A stretch of DNA of 64,000 nt from NCBI GenBank assembly GCA_034670305.1, contig JAXMNT010000009.1, forward strand, positions 96,001 to 160,000, read 5' to 3'. Shown here piece by piece: positions 1 through 9,126 of this stretch. The stretch's first letter is position 1; the number at the start of each line of letters is the position of its first letter. Both the position numbers and the translations under genes were made by a program. The stretch comes from Deltaproteobacteria bacterium (GTDB lineage: Bacteria; Myxococcota_A; Polyangia; Polyangiales; Houyiibacteriaceae). Below the pieces are notes generated by a model, which saw only the letters and a program-made list of their open reading frames with translations, did no database searches and was not told the DNA's origin.

Positions 1-1661
1 GGGACGTCGACCACCCGCATGCCCCAGGACCGGTACTGCTTCACGTTCATCGGGTCCGCCATCGCCTGCACCAGGATGAACCCGGGGCCGGCCTCGGACG
101 CGTGGCGCAGCACGGACTCGGCGTCCGGCTGCTTGCCGACGTTGAAGTCGAAGTCGCGGTCGGTGAGCACCAGGCGAATCGGCTGTTTGTCGCGGCACGC
201 CTCGACGGACTCCGACAGCACGTCGAACGGGAACTCGGTGCCGCCGCCCACGTACTTCAGCATGAACCCGGAGAGCTCGCGCAAGCTGCGGCACCAGCGC
301 CAACTCTTGGTGTACGTGTGCGAGTAGAGCAGCGCACGCGCCGCGCCGCCCGCTCGCAAGGTGCCGAGCGCGAGGATGATCGCGGCGAGTGTCATCGCGT
401 TCTCCGCTTCCCGCGGATCGGGCATCGAGCCACTCACGTCGAGGTAGATCTCGGACCGTGGTTGCCAGAGCTCCACTTCGAGCCCCTCGTGGTCCGCCAC
501 CGTCTCGCGGCGCACCGGGCGCGCTGCGCCGAAGCGCGGCCCCCGCTCGCGCAGGGTCGCGCCCCAGTCGATGGTGCCGATCGGATCGCCGGGCTCCCAC
601 GCTTCATGCGTGGTCGGCACGATCGCTTCTCCGAGCCGGCGCTGCGGCGGCGGGCGCAGCAGGTACCGTTCGGCCTGGCGCCGGTACCAGTTCGCCATGA
701 TCTCGGTGACCTGATCGCCCGTCCCATCGAGGTTGCCGGGCAGGCCCGCCGCGCGTGCGCCGAGGCTCTTGTCTCGGAGGCGCCGGATCTGATCGGGCGC
801 GAGCCACCCCTCCCGCGCGGCGCGTTCGATCGCTTCGTCTTCGAGCGCGCCCGGCGTCAGCGCCGAGGCCCAGTCGTCCGCGTCCGGCTCGCCCGCGCAC
901 TGACAGCTGTGGCCCCCGTGGTCGTGCTGGTTCTCCTCGACTTCCTGGATGAGGTATCGGCTGAGCACGGACAGGTAGAAGATCAACTGCGTGAAGACGT
1001 TCGGGCCGAGCCGGTAGAGATCCTGCGCCACGAGGTGCGCTTCGGCGCGGTAGCCGTCGTAGATGCCGTGGAGCTTCTCGTGGCCTTCGGGGCCGACGAG
1101 ACTGGCCGGCGGCAGCTGCCAGAGCTCTTCGTAGATCGCGAGCGTGAAGAGGAACGTCGCCGGGGTCTGTGCGGTGTGGTCCGCGGATCCGTACACCCGC
1201 CCCAGCTGGGTTTGTAGACCACGGCGGCCCAGGTGTTCGTTGATGAGCAGATCGGTGAACAGGTTCAGCGCGCTGAAATGCTCGAGCGGAATGAGCTGCT
1301 TCTCGAGGATGCGCATGCGCGCCAACGTGCCGAGCGAGCGTGGGAACTTCACGTGGTGTCCGACCTCGTGCGCGAGGATCGCTTCGAGGCAGGTCTCGAG
1401 CCCATGACCGGCCACGTGCGCGGCGCTCACGAAGACCTGCCGGTCCCGAAGATCGATGCGCGCGATCGCGGGCCCTTCGAGTTCGACCACCGGACGGCCG
1501 AGTTGCAGCGAGCGCGCCCAGTGCGCGCGCGCGGCGTCCCAGTGATCGTCGATGGCCGCGTCGATCGACGCCCGCGCCGCTTCCGCGCGCGCGGCCCGTT
1601 CCGCCCGTTCCGCCCGTTCCGCTGCGGCCGCTGCGGCCGCGGCGGACGTGGCCTCCGACAT
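1..1661 (-). CDS. HExxH zincin-like metallopeptidase fused to a C-terminal vWA domain (3' end runs off the window; not in the ORF track)
   Basis: Manual translation from ATG at 1661 (MSEATSAAAAAAAERAERAER...) is open to the window edge. Contains ILAHEVGHHVKFP (HExxH) and NLFTDLLINEHL, then vWA MIDAS elements EIYLDVSGSM, YVGGGTEF and LVLTD. Starts 4 nt after the upstream TAA. Confidence 0.85.
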   Translation of the reverse strand, partial: MSEATSAAAAAAAAERAERAERAARAEAARASIDAAIDDHWDAARAHWARSLQLGRPVVELEGPAIARIDLRDRQVFVSAAHVAGHGLETCLEAILAHEVGHHVKFPRSLGTLARMRILEKQLIPLEHFSALNLFTDLLINEHLGRRGLQTQLGRVYGSADHTAQTPATFLFTLAIYEELWQLPPASLVGPEGHEKLHGIYDGYRAEAHLVAQDLYRLGPNVFTQLIFYLSVLSRYLIQEVEENQHDHGGHSCQCAGEPDADDWASALTPGALEDEAIERAAREGWLAPDQIRRLRDKSLGARAAGLPGNLDGTGDQVTEIMANWYRRQAERYLLRPPPQRRLGEAIVPTTHEAWEPGDPIGTIDWGATLRERGPRFGAARPVRRETVADHEGLEVELWQPRSEIYLDVSGSMPDPREAENAMTLAAIILALGTLRAGGAARALLYSHTYTKSWRWCRSLRELSGFMLKYVGGGTEFPFDVLSESVEACRDKQPIRLVLTDRDFDFNVGKQPDAESVLRHASEAGPGFILVQAMADPMNVKQYRSWGMRVVDV

Positions 1662-1665
1662 CGCC

Positions 1666-2526
1666 TTAGCCGGCACGGGCCACCCACAGTCTCTGCGAGT
1701 CCACGCAGGTCGCAACGGCGAAGCCGGCCGGAGAGACGACGACGTGTTGCCACGCGGTCAATCCTTCGCAGCGCCAGCGGGCGTCTTCGATCCGAAGCGT
1801 GCCGGGCACGAACGCGACGGCGGCGGTGCTGGTGGGCGTCGTTCGGTCCGGCAGCGACGCGCCCGAAGTCACGCACGTGAGGCCGTCCGCGAAGACCGAG
1901 ACCGCAAGCTCGGCTTCGCTCTCTCGATCCCGCAGGGCGACGACGTTCGGTCGCACGAGCCGCAGCCGACCGGGCACGAACCGCGGCGCCCACCTCTCGA
2001 TCCGCAAGACCTCGGTGTCGCCGCCTTTCCAGTCTGGCGCGGTGTCCGGGCTCGGTGCGTGCAGGGTCTCGAGCGTGGCGGTGAGCACCGACTCGATCTC
2101 CGCGCAGGTCGTCTGACGGCGCTCCAGCACCTGCGCGAGGGTGAGATCGATCCACTTCGGTTCTCGCGCGAGCGCTTCGCCGAGGTTCCACAGCTCGGCC
2201 ATCCGCGCCGCGTCGAGCGTGCCGAGCTCCCTCGGCAACCGGTCGAGCAGCAGCAGCCCGAGCACCCCGTCGCTGCCCGGGCCGGCGACGGTGAACTCGT
2301 CCACCAGGCCACGCCCCATCGCTTCGATCAGCAGGTCGAGCCACGCCGACACCCGTTCTTCGCGGCGCGGGTCGGCGGCGAGGCTTCCCCAGGCGTCGCG
2401 CACGTTGGATTCCGCGAGCTGCATGAACACGCCGGGTCGCCAGCGCGCGTGCCGTTTGCGGCCGCGTTCGCGGGCCGTCGCGACGAGCTCGCGGAGCGCG
2501 CGCTGTCCGGGCGTCTCGCTGCTCAT
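1666..2526 (-). CDS. Hypothetical protein, middle gene of the MoxR-vWA operon (286 aa)
   Basis: C-terminal part of ORF 1666..3534. ATG at 2526 overlaps the MoxR TGA (ATGA coupling). Protein-like composition from MSSETPGQRALREL; C-terminus looks beta-rich. Confidence 0.75.
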   Translation of the reverse strand: MSSETPGQRALRELVATARERGRKRHARWRPGVFMQLAESNVRDAWGSLAADPRREERVSAWLDLLIEAMGRGLVDEFTVAGPGSDGVLGLLLLDRLPRELGTLDAARMAELWNLGEALAREPKWIDLTLAQVLERRQTTCAEIESVLTATLETLHAPSPDTAPDWKGGDTEVLRIERWAPRFVPGRLRLVRPNVVALRDRESEAELAVSVFADGLTCVTSGASLPDRTTPTSTAAVAFVPGTLRIEDARWRCEGLTAWQHVVVSPAGFAVATCVDSQRLWVARAG

Positions 2527-4001
2527 CGCCCCTCCGCGAGGGAGATCCAGCGCCGGTGCAGCGCCTCGAGCCGAAGCGCGTCTTCGCGCACCGCGCCGCT
2601 GAGTTCTTCGGAGCCGAGCAGCGTGCGCCGTGCGGCGTCGACTTCGTCCAGAAGCGCGCGCGCCTCGGCGACGTCCCGCGGCATGCGCGTCTCGAGCGCT
2701 TCCACCCGTTCGCGTTCTTCGGACCGCGCGGAATCCAGCGCGAGCGCGCGATCGAAGAGCTGCGTGATCCAGCCGGCGCGATCGCTGAGCAGCACTTCGT
2801 GGCGGTCCTCCGAGAAGAACCCGGAGTGGGTGTTCGGACGCAGCCGTTCGTGGAGCACCCAAGGGATGAGCGCGCGCACGTCGTCGAGGGTCACGGCCGT
2901 GCGGCCTCGGAACCACGCGAGCGCTTGCGCGAAGCGCAGCACCGAGATGTGCGCCCGCGTGGAGATGCCGCCTTCCGTCTGGGCGCAGGCGTGTTCGCGT
3001 TTGTCGAGCGGGCAGTCTTCGTTGCAGACCTGCGCGAGCCGCCGGCCCGCCACCCGCAGCGTGTCTTTGGTCATGTACGGCAGCTGGTCCGACGCGCGCT
3101 GACAGAACTCCAGCTGGCTCGCGAAGGTCGCGAGCGCGCGCAGCACCTCGTCGCCGATCGCGATGCCGCGCACCTCGAGGTCGGCCGCGTCGAGCGCGTC
3201 TGGGGTCAGGCGGCAATCGACCGGGACCAGATCTTCCGGCCGCTCCCGCTCCGCGATCCGGTCCGCGAGGATGCGCATCTGGCCGCCTTCGAACGGGGCC
3301 GCACGCACCACCGCGTCGATGCGGTCGCGGAGCGCGTCGATGACTTGAAACGTGCCGCCGCCGAGGTCGTCGTTGGCGGTCAGGTACCAGGCGCTCGTGC
3401 CGGACTCGATCGTGTGCCCGAGCTGCTCGGCGTAGCCCTCGGCCATGAGCGAGAGCAGCGCCGACTGAGTCTTCGTCGGAATGCGGTTGTACTCGTCGAC
3501 GATTTTCACCCGCCGCTGGATCCATCCGCGCCACGCCACGTGCACTTCGTCGATGGTCTTCGCTTCGACGAGGTTGCCAGGCAGCGGGCTGCCGAGCAGA
3601 TCGGCGAGCGTGAGCTGCGGGTGACCGTGCTGGGTGTCGCGCCGGATCTGCGCGAGCTCACCGCCGGCGATCAGCGCCATCAGCGTGGCCAGCGTGGTCT
3701 TGCCCCGGCCCGGCGCCCCGATGATCAGCAGCCGCTGGTGGGTGACGAGGTTCAAGAGCGGCAGCAGCACGTACGACGCGTACGCATCCCCCGCGCTCAT
3801 CACGCCTTTGCGGGTGCTCGGCGCACCCCCGAGGATCAGATCCGGCGCGTCGCAGACGATCGCCTGTTCGACGATCCACCGGTACGCGCGGCGCAGGATC
3901 TCGACCGGCGGTTCGCCCTGCCAAGGCGCGAAGACGATGCCTCCGTCTTGCGCGCTCGCCCGGCCCTGTTTCCACGCCTGCACGCGCTCCGCAAAGTTCA
4001 C
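2523..4001 (-). CDS. MoxR-family AAA+ ATPase with C-terminal helical extension
   Basis: Walker A GAPGRGKTT, DLLGSPLP, Walker B KIVDEYNRIPTKTQSALL, YLTAN, DALRDRID and lid motif ISTRA...LHERLR. Confidence 0.9.
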   Translation of the reverse strand: MNFAERVQAWKQGRASAQDGGIVFAPWQGEPPVEILRRAYRWIVEQAIVCDAPDLILGGAPSTRKGVMSAGDAYASYVLLPLLNLVTHQRLLIIGAPGRGKTTLATLMALIAGGELAQIRRDTQHGHPQLTLADLLGSPLPGNLVEAKTIDEVHVAWRGWIQRRVKIVDEYNRIPTKTQSALLSLMAEGYAEQLGHTIESGTSAWYLTANDDLGGGTFQVIDALRDRIDAVVRAAPFEGGQMRILADRIAERERPEDLVPVDCRLTPDALDAADLEVRGIAIGDEVLRALATFASQLEFCQRASDQLPYMTKDTLRVAGRRLAQVCNEDCPLDKREHACAQTEGGISTRAHISVLRFAQALAWFRGRTAVTLDDVRALIPWVLHERLRPNTHSGFFSEDRHEVLLSDRAGWITQLFDRALALDSARSEERERVEALETRMPRDVAEARALLDEVDAARRTLLGSEELSGAVREDALRLEALHRRWISLAEGR

Positions 4002-4067
4002 TGCCGCAGGATAACGCGTGATCCCAGCTTCGCCGTTCCCGAATGCAGGGGCCCCCGGCGCTTGGGT

Positions 4068-5117
4068 CTACTCGGCTCTACTGCTGCCACCGCAGGTGTC
4101 GCACGCTGTTCCGATACCATCCCCGTCGTGGTCCACCTGGCATGGGTTCCAGGCGGTTGGGCAGTTGTCTGACGCGTTGGGCACGCCATCGCCATCTCCG
4201 TCGGTTGTGTTGTTGAGGCTGGGGTCCCACTGGAGCGATGGGTCCTCGCACGAGCCATCGAACCGGCCGTCTACATCCAGATCAAGATGATCCTCGACGA
4301 AGCTGAGACCATCGGCAGCCATCAGATCTCCGAATGTATTGTCCCAGTTCGTGAACCCGCCGGATGTGGTGGCCAACTGAGCACTGTTAATACCCAGCAC
4401 GTAGTACGGCGCAGGCCCCCAGAGAATCGGCCCGCCTGAGTCCCCGGGCCCAGCTTTTGCGTTGTCCGCAATCAGGTATCCAAACGTGCTGGAGAAGGCG
4501 ACATCGGCGAAACCCCACCGTCTGGTGCCGAGGCCAGGAAGGTCAGGCGTACCTCGTGGGATGTCAGTCCAAACCCAACGTTGGCTACGGTGACGGGGAG
4601 GCTGGGCGCCGCGGACGCACTTGGGAGAGTCCGGTATGGCTCGATTCGCAGCGGTACCGTGGTCGGTGCCCGGCCTGGGGCCACCGGAAAGTCGAGTCGC
4701 AGGACGGCAATGTCACTTGGGAAGTCCCACGGCTGTCTGCCCGTCGAAGGCTCGCCAACCGCCCCGCACTCCGTGTCGGGGGCGACCCCCGCGGCTACCT
4801 TGTAGTCCGGGTGGATCCAACACGCCGACACCCCCCGCCGCCCTGCGCTCCGGTGGTTGGCGCCAAACCCAATCTCCGTTGCGGTGTCCGCCTGGACGCA
4901 GTGTGCCGCGGTGACCACGTGCCACGGCGTGATCAGTGTTCCGGAGCAGTTGGTGCGCGCGCTTCGGTTGAGCTCGATGCTGACGACCGCCGGAAACATT
5001 GGTGACACGTCAGAGTCCGTGCCATCTGCCCCGACGATCGCGTTCGATGAACTCCCCCCCCCCCCCCTGGCTGCAGGCCTGGGTGAGTACAATCGCGATT
5101 GAAAGTGAGAGCCTCAT
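4068..5117 (-). pseudogene. Frameshifted lipoprotein trypsin-like (S1) serine protease with C-terminal thrombospondin type-3 repeats
   Basis: Signal/lipobox MRLSLSIAIVLTQAC from ATG 5117. After the G14 tract, a shifted frame has IVG, CSGTLI, VTAAHC and DIAVLRL. After a second shift near 4555-4575, the original frame has GDSGGP followed by DGDGDGVPNASDNCP and DHDGDGIGTACD. Confidence 0.8.
5054..5067. repeat. C14/G14 homopolymer inside the protease 5' coding region
   Basis: 14 consecutive C on the + strand, counted directly. Confidence 0.95.
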
Positions 5118-5192
5118 GGACGACTTATAGCAGATGAGTACGAATCCGCGATAGGTGGACTCCGGACAACACTTCTCCTGCAACCGACGAAT

Positions 5193-5705
5193 CTAGAAGG
5201 AAAAATCGAGGAGCGGGGAGGTGGTGCTGCCGGGTTCTTCGAGGTTGGCCAGGCGGGCGGCGCCGACGCTGGTGAGGATGATGCCGACGATGCCCACCAC
5301 GATCGTGGCGGCGACCAATCCGAATGCATCGCCAACACTCGGGGCACGCGCGACCATCGTTCCGAAGAGCGTGGCGGCGGCGAGCGAGAGGCCTCCGGCG
5401 ATGGTCAGGGTCCGGTAGTGACAACGTGCGCGCACGAACTCGGTCGGCGCATCGAATGGACCATAGGTGGGCGCAGCCAGTCCGATCCCAAGCGCGAAGA
5501 GGGCGGCGCTGCTGCCAATCAGCGCCACGTTGCGGGTCTTCCACCCTTGCTCATACGCGTCCCCCACACCGACCACCGCCGTCACTGCGGCAAGGCCGAC
5601 GATGGCGTGGCCCGCGCAGCGTTGCCGCGCTTGCGCGTCGGCGGTCGAGGTGGAGGCGGCCGTCAGCACGAAGCCGACGGTGAGCGCTGTGATCAGGAGG
5701 CGCAT
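5193..5705 (-). CDS. Hypothetical membrane protein with signal peptide (170 aa)
   Basis: C-terminal part of ORF 5193..7604 from MRLLITALTVGFVLTAAST; several hydrophobic helices. Confidence 0.65.
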   Translation of the reverse strand: MRLLITALTVGFVLTAASTSTADAQARQRCAGHAIVGLAAVTAVVGVGDAYEQGWKTRNVALIGSSAALFALGIGLAAPTYGPFDAPTEFVRARCHYRTLTIAGGLSLAAATLFGTMVARAPSVGDAFGLVAATIVVGIVGIILTSVGAARLANLEEPGSTTSPLLDFSF

Positions 5706-5778
5706 GCGGGCTGGAGTAGCACGGCGGCGCGGAATCCCGATGGAAAGCGGCGCGGACTCGGCTTCGGACCGAACCCAC

Positions 5779-5963
<185 letters not shown>

Positions 5964-6014
5964 ATCGGGCCCGAGCGCGGGCACCCTCGCCCACAATGCG
6001 TTATGCGGGCCGGC

Positions 6015-7640
6015 ATGATCCGGCTCGACAACGTCACCAAACGCCACGGCTCCCAGATCCTCTACGTCGATGGGTCGATGAGCGTGTTCAAGGGCGAGAA
6101 GATCGGGCTCGTCGGCCCGAACGGTTCGGGCAAGACGACCATCTTCCGGTTGATGACGAACGAAGAGACGCCCGAGGCCGGCGCCGTCATCGTCGATCGC
6201 GGCGTGACCATCGGGTACTTCTCTCAGGACGTCGGCGAGATGGCCGGGCGCACCGTCGCGGCGGAGACGATCGCGGGCGCCGGAGAAGTCTCGGAGCTGC
6301 ACCTCGAGCTGGCCGAGCTCGAAGCCGCGATGGCCGACCCGGCGCGCGCCGACGAACTCGAGAAAGTGCTCGAGCGCTTCGGCGAAGTGCAGGCCCGCTA
6401 CAGCGAACTCGACGGCTACGCCCTCGATGCGCGTGCGCGCGAGATTCTCGCAGGTCTCGGCTTCACCGAAGCGCGCATGGACGTCGACGTCGAGACGCTC
6501 TCCGGCGGCTGGAAGATGCGCGTCGCGCTCGCGCAGATCCTCCTGATGCGGCCGGACGTGCTGCTGCTCGACGAACCGACCAACCACTTGGACATCGAAT
6601 CGATCCTCTGGCTCGAGACCTTCCTGCATTCCTTCGAAGGCGGTCTCGTGCTGACGAGCCATGACCGCGAGTTGATGAACCGCTTGGTCACGAAGATCGT
6701 CGAGATCGATCAGGGCACCCTCACCAGCTACACCGGCGACTACGACTTCTACGAGACCCAACGGGACCTCGCCGCCAAACAGCAAGAAGCGCAGTTCGCC
6801 CGACAAGAAGCGATGCTCGCCAAGGAGCGCGCGTTCATCGACCGGTTCAAAGCGCGCGCCAGCCACGCCGCGCAGGTGCAGTCGCGGGTGAAGAAGCTCG
6901 ACAAGATCGAGAAGGTCGAACCACCGAAACAGCGCACGGTCGTGAAGTTCGACTTCCAGCAGCCGAAACGGTCCGGCGACGACGTCGTCTCCCTGCAAGG
7001 CGTGCACAAAGCCTATGGCGACCTCGTGCTCTACGAGGGCTTCGACTTCCTCATCCGCCGCCAAGAACGCTGGTGCGTCATGGGCGTCAACGGCGCCGGC
7101 AAGTCCACGCTCTTGCGTCTGGTCGCGGGCATGGCCGAACCCGACAGCGGCGAAGTGCGCGTCGGCGCGAGCGTGAAGCTCGGGTACTTCGCCCAGCACG
7201 CGATGGAGCTGCTGCAGCCAGACGAGACGGTGCTGCAGACCATGGAACGCACCCACCCCAAAGCGTCGGGCGGGTCGCTGCGCACCGTGCTCGGCGCGTT
7301 CGGCTTCCACAAAGACGAGGTCGAGAAGACCTGCCGCATCCTGAGCGGCGGCGAGAAGGCGCGGCTCGTCATGGCCCAGATGCTCTACAACCCGCCGAAC
7401 TTCTTGGTGCTCGACGAACCGACCAACCACTTGGACATCCAGACCAAAGAGATGCTGGTCGACGCCTTGCGCGACTTCGAAGGCACCATGCTCTTCGTCT
7501 CCCATGACCGGCAGTTCCTCCGCGCCCTGAGCAATCGAGTCCTCGAAGTCACCCCCGGCGAAGCCCGCGCCTACAACGGCAGCTACAAAGAATACGTCGC
7601 CCAATCCGGCTACGAAGCGCCTGGCGCCCGCGCGGTCTAG
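6015..7640 (+). CDS. ABC-F family ATP-binding protein (ribosome-associated, two ABC domains, no TM)
   Basis: GPNGSGKTT, LSGGWKMRVALA, LLLDEPTNHLD, linker YTGDYDFY, second domain GVNGAGKST, LSGGEKARL, LDEPTNHLD; start MIRLDNVTK. Confidence 0.95.
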   Translation: MIRLDNVTKRHGSQILYVDGSMSVFKGEKIGLVGPNGSGKTTIFRLMTNEETPEAGAVIVDRGVTIGYFSQDVGEMAGRTVAAETIAGAGEVSELHLELAELEAAMADPARADELEKVLERFGEVQARYSELDGYALDARAREILAGLGFTEARMDVDVETLSGGWKMRVALAQILLMRPDVLLLDEPTNHLDIESILWLETFLHSFEGGLVLTSHDRELMNRLVTKIVEIDQGTLTSYTGDYDFYETQRDLAAKQQEAQFARQEAMLAKERAFIDRFKARASHAAQVQSRVKKLDKIEKVEPPKQRTVVKFDFQQPKRSGDDVVSLQGVHKAYGDLVLYEGFDFLIRRQERWCVMGVNGAGKSTLLRLVAGMAEPDSGEVRVGASVKLGYFAQHAMELLQPDETVLQTMERTHPKASGGSLRTVLGAFGFHKDEVEKTCRILSGGEKARLVMAQMLYNPPNFLVLDEPTNHLDIQTKEMLVDALRDFEGTMLFVSHDRQFLRALSNRVLEVTPGEARAYNGSYKEYVAQSGYEAPGARAV

Positions 7641-7644
7641 CAGC

Positions 7645-7682
7645 CTGCCCCTTGCCCCTGCCCTTGCCTTTGCCCTTGCCCG
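7645..7682. repeat. (CCCTTG)n-type tract just after the ABC-F stop
   Basis: cctgccccttgcccctgcccttgcctttgcccttgcccg. Confidence 0.9.
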
Positions 7683-7686
7683 CGGA

Positions 7687-7764
7687 TCAGCGGTCAGATC
7701 GCTTGATCAGCGCGACGAGCATCGCGACGACCTGCTCGAGGTGGGCGAGAGCCCGTTCGATATA
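7687..7764 (-). pseudogene. Possible 3' remnant of a four-helix-bundle (23S IVS protein/Avd-like) gene
   Basis: Reads YIERALAHLEQVVAMLVALIKRSDR*, resembling the terminal helix of that family; cut off 5' by the palindromic repeat. Short, so weak. Confidence 0.35.
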
Positions 7765-8150
7765 TTTCTTGGGGGCACAGCCCGCGCGGGGGCTGTGCCC
7801 CCAAGAATTATTCGACAGCGTGCAGCCTCGCGAAGCGAGCCAGCGGTGTCACCGGGACGGGGTTTGGGGGCTGTGCCCCCAAGAAATATTGTCTCTCGCG
7901 AGGGAGGCTCTGGGCCCGCGCAGGAGCGAAGCGACGAGCAGGTCCGGAGCCGTCTTCAAGGGTTCGGAAAGCCGAAGGCGCCCGGGCCCGCAGAAACCCC
8001 GCGAGAGACCAGCAATATTGTCTCTCGCGCGCGAGGCTTCGGGCCCGCACAGGAGCGAAGCGACGAGCAGGTCCGGAGCCGTTCCCGACGGGTTCTAGGA
8101 CGGCCGAAGGCGTCCGCGCCCGTCGGGACGCCGCGAGAGACCAGCAATAT
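7762..8150. repeat. Cluster of REP/MITE-like elements: 18-bp palindrome, one ~80-nt element X and two ~130-nt elements Y
   Basis: TTCTTGGGGGCACAGCCC/GGGCTGTGCCCCCAAGAA (7766-7807). X (7809-7889) ends GGGGTTTGGGGGCTGTGCCCCCAAGAA. Y1 (7886-8018) and Y2 (8015-8150) have inverted ends ATATTGTCTCTCGCG / CGCGAGAGACCAGCAATAT. Confidence 0.9.
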
Positions 8151-8351
8151 CGAGGCAGACGCAAGACACAGTTCGCCGCCTACCTGGCCGGCGCCGCATA
8201 CAACCTCCTACGCGTCGCGCGGCTGCGGAGCTGCGCCGCGTAGCACCGACCGATTCGCGGCCTCGCCGTCGCGAAACACACGGACGACGCGGGCAAGGGC
8301 ACGGGCAAGGGCAACGGCAAGGGAGCAGGTCGCTTTTCAGCGACCTGCTAG
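8148..8351 (+). mobile_element. Remnant right end of an IS5/IS1182-like insertion sequence
   Basis: 8148-8243 reads YRGRRKTQFAAYLAGAAYNLLRVARLRSCAA*, typical of the C-terminus of these DDE transposases. Region ends TTTTCAGCGACCTGCTAG (IR-like end at CTAG). Confidence 0.6.
8291..8323. repeat. (GGGCAA/GGGCAC)n tract
   Basis: gggcaagggcacgggcaagggcaacggcaaggg; inverted relative to the 7645 tract. Confidence 0.9.
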
Positions 8352-8902
8352 AGCAACGGAAGCTGGGCCGGCGGCAGGAGGCGGCCCGCGACTTCTTCGG
8401 CGACCGCACCCACCCACGCATCGCGGTCGAGCACCTCGAGCCGCATCGGATGCAGGTCCCGCTCGCCGAGTTCTTTCAGTAGCCGGTCATCCACCGCGCG
8501 CTGAAACGCGGGGTCGGTCGCGCGGGTTCCGTCCGCATGGGGCCGCTCGAGGATCGGCACATGGACCAGCAGATCGTAGGTCTTGATCCATTCGGTCACG
8601 AGCGTGTCGAGCGCGGCTTGGCGGCCGGCGGCGAGCATCAGATAGACGTAGTTGTCGAGCACGCTGCGATCGCAGATCACCACCGCGCTGCTCGCGGACG
8701 CGACGATCTCGTCGGCGATCTGGGTGTGCAGGATCCAGGACTGTGCCCCGACGCTTGTGCCTTCGTTGATCGGAAGCGGAGACCGCCGCGCGACCTCCCG
8801 CACGATGTCGAGCACCACGTCGTCACGCTTCAGCCGCGCGGCCAGGCCGTAGCAGAGCGTGGTCTTGCCGACGCCATGGCTGCCGATGAACGCGAGCTTC
8901 AC
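8348..8902 (-). CDS. P-loop NTPase/kinase (AAA_28, NadR-like)
   Basis: KLAFIGSHGVGKTT, REVAR, ICDRSVLDNYVY, YDLLVHVP, ADGTR. Confidence 0.85.
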   Translation of the reverse strand: MKLAFIGSHGVGKTTLCYGLAARLKRDDVVLDIVREVARRSPLPINEGTSVGAQSWILHTQIADEIVASASSAVVICDRSVLDNYVYLMLAAGRQAALDTLVTEWIKTYDLLVHVPILERPHADGTRATDPAFQRAVDDRLLKELGERDLHPMRLEVLDRDAWVGAVAEEVAGRLLPPAQLPLL

Positions 8903-8954
8903 CGGTCAAGGGTACGACGCATGCGGCCGGGACCGCACCACCTCTTCGGTCGCT

Positions 8955-8992
8955 GTCGGCTTCGGCTTCGGCTGGGCCTCGGCTTCGGCATC
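8955..8992. repeat. Short (N)TCGGC hexamer tract
   Basis: gtcggcttcggcttcggctgggcctcggcttcggcatc between divergent genes. Confidence 0.75.
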
Positions 8993-9126
8993 AGTAGAAA
9001 CTGCCACTGCCGGGCCCTTCGACGCAGAGCGAGGAGAGGCAGTCGTTGCCGTCGGTGCAGGTGTCGATGCCGACGGCCCGCGACTTCGCGCTCGCGCCGG
9101 GTGCGGAACCCGCGTACGCCTTCGGG

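Noticed and set aside
1590-1645. 9-nt repeats encoding AER/AAA at the start of the peptidase-vWA gene
   Set aside because: Short low-complexity N-terminal expansion with no further structure
4555-4580. Programmed -1 ribosomal frameshift in the protease gene
   Set aside because: No canonical X XXY YYZ slippery heptamer is visible; a simple indel is more parsimonious
7886-8150. Y repeats as CRISPR, tRNA or attC cassette array
   Set aside because: Only two ~130-nt copies without spacers or cassette ORFs; no cloverleaf or CCA; no integrase nearby
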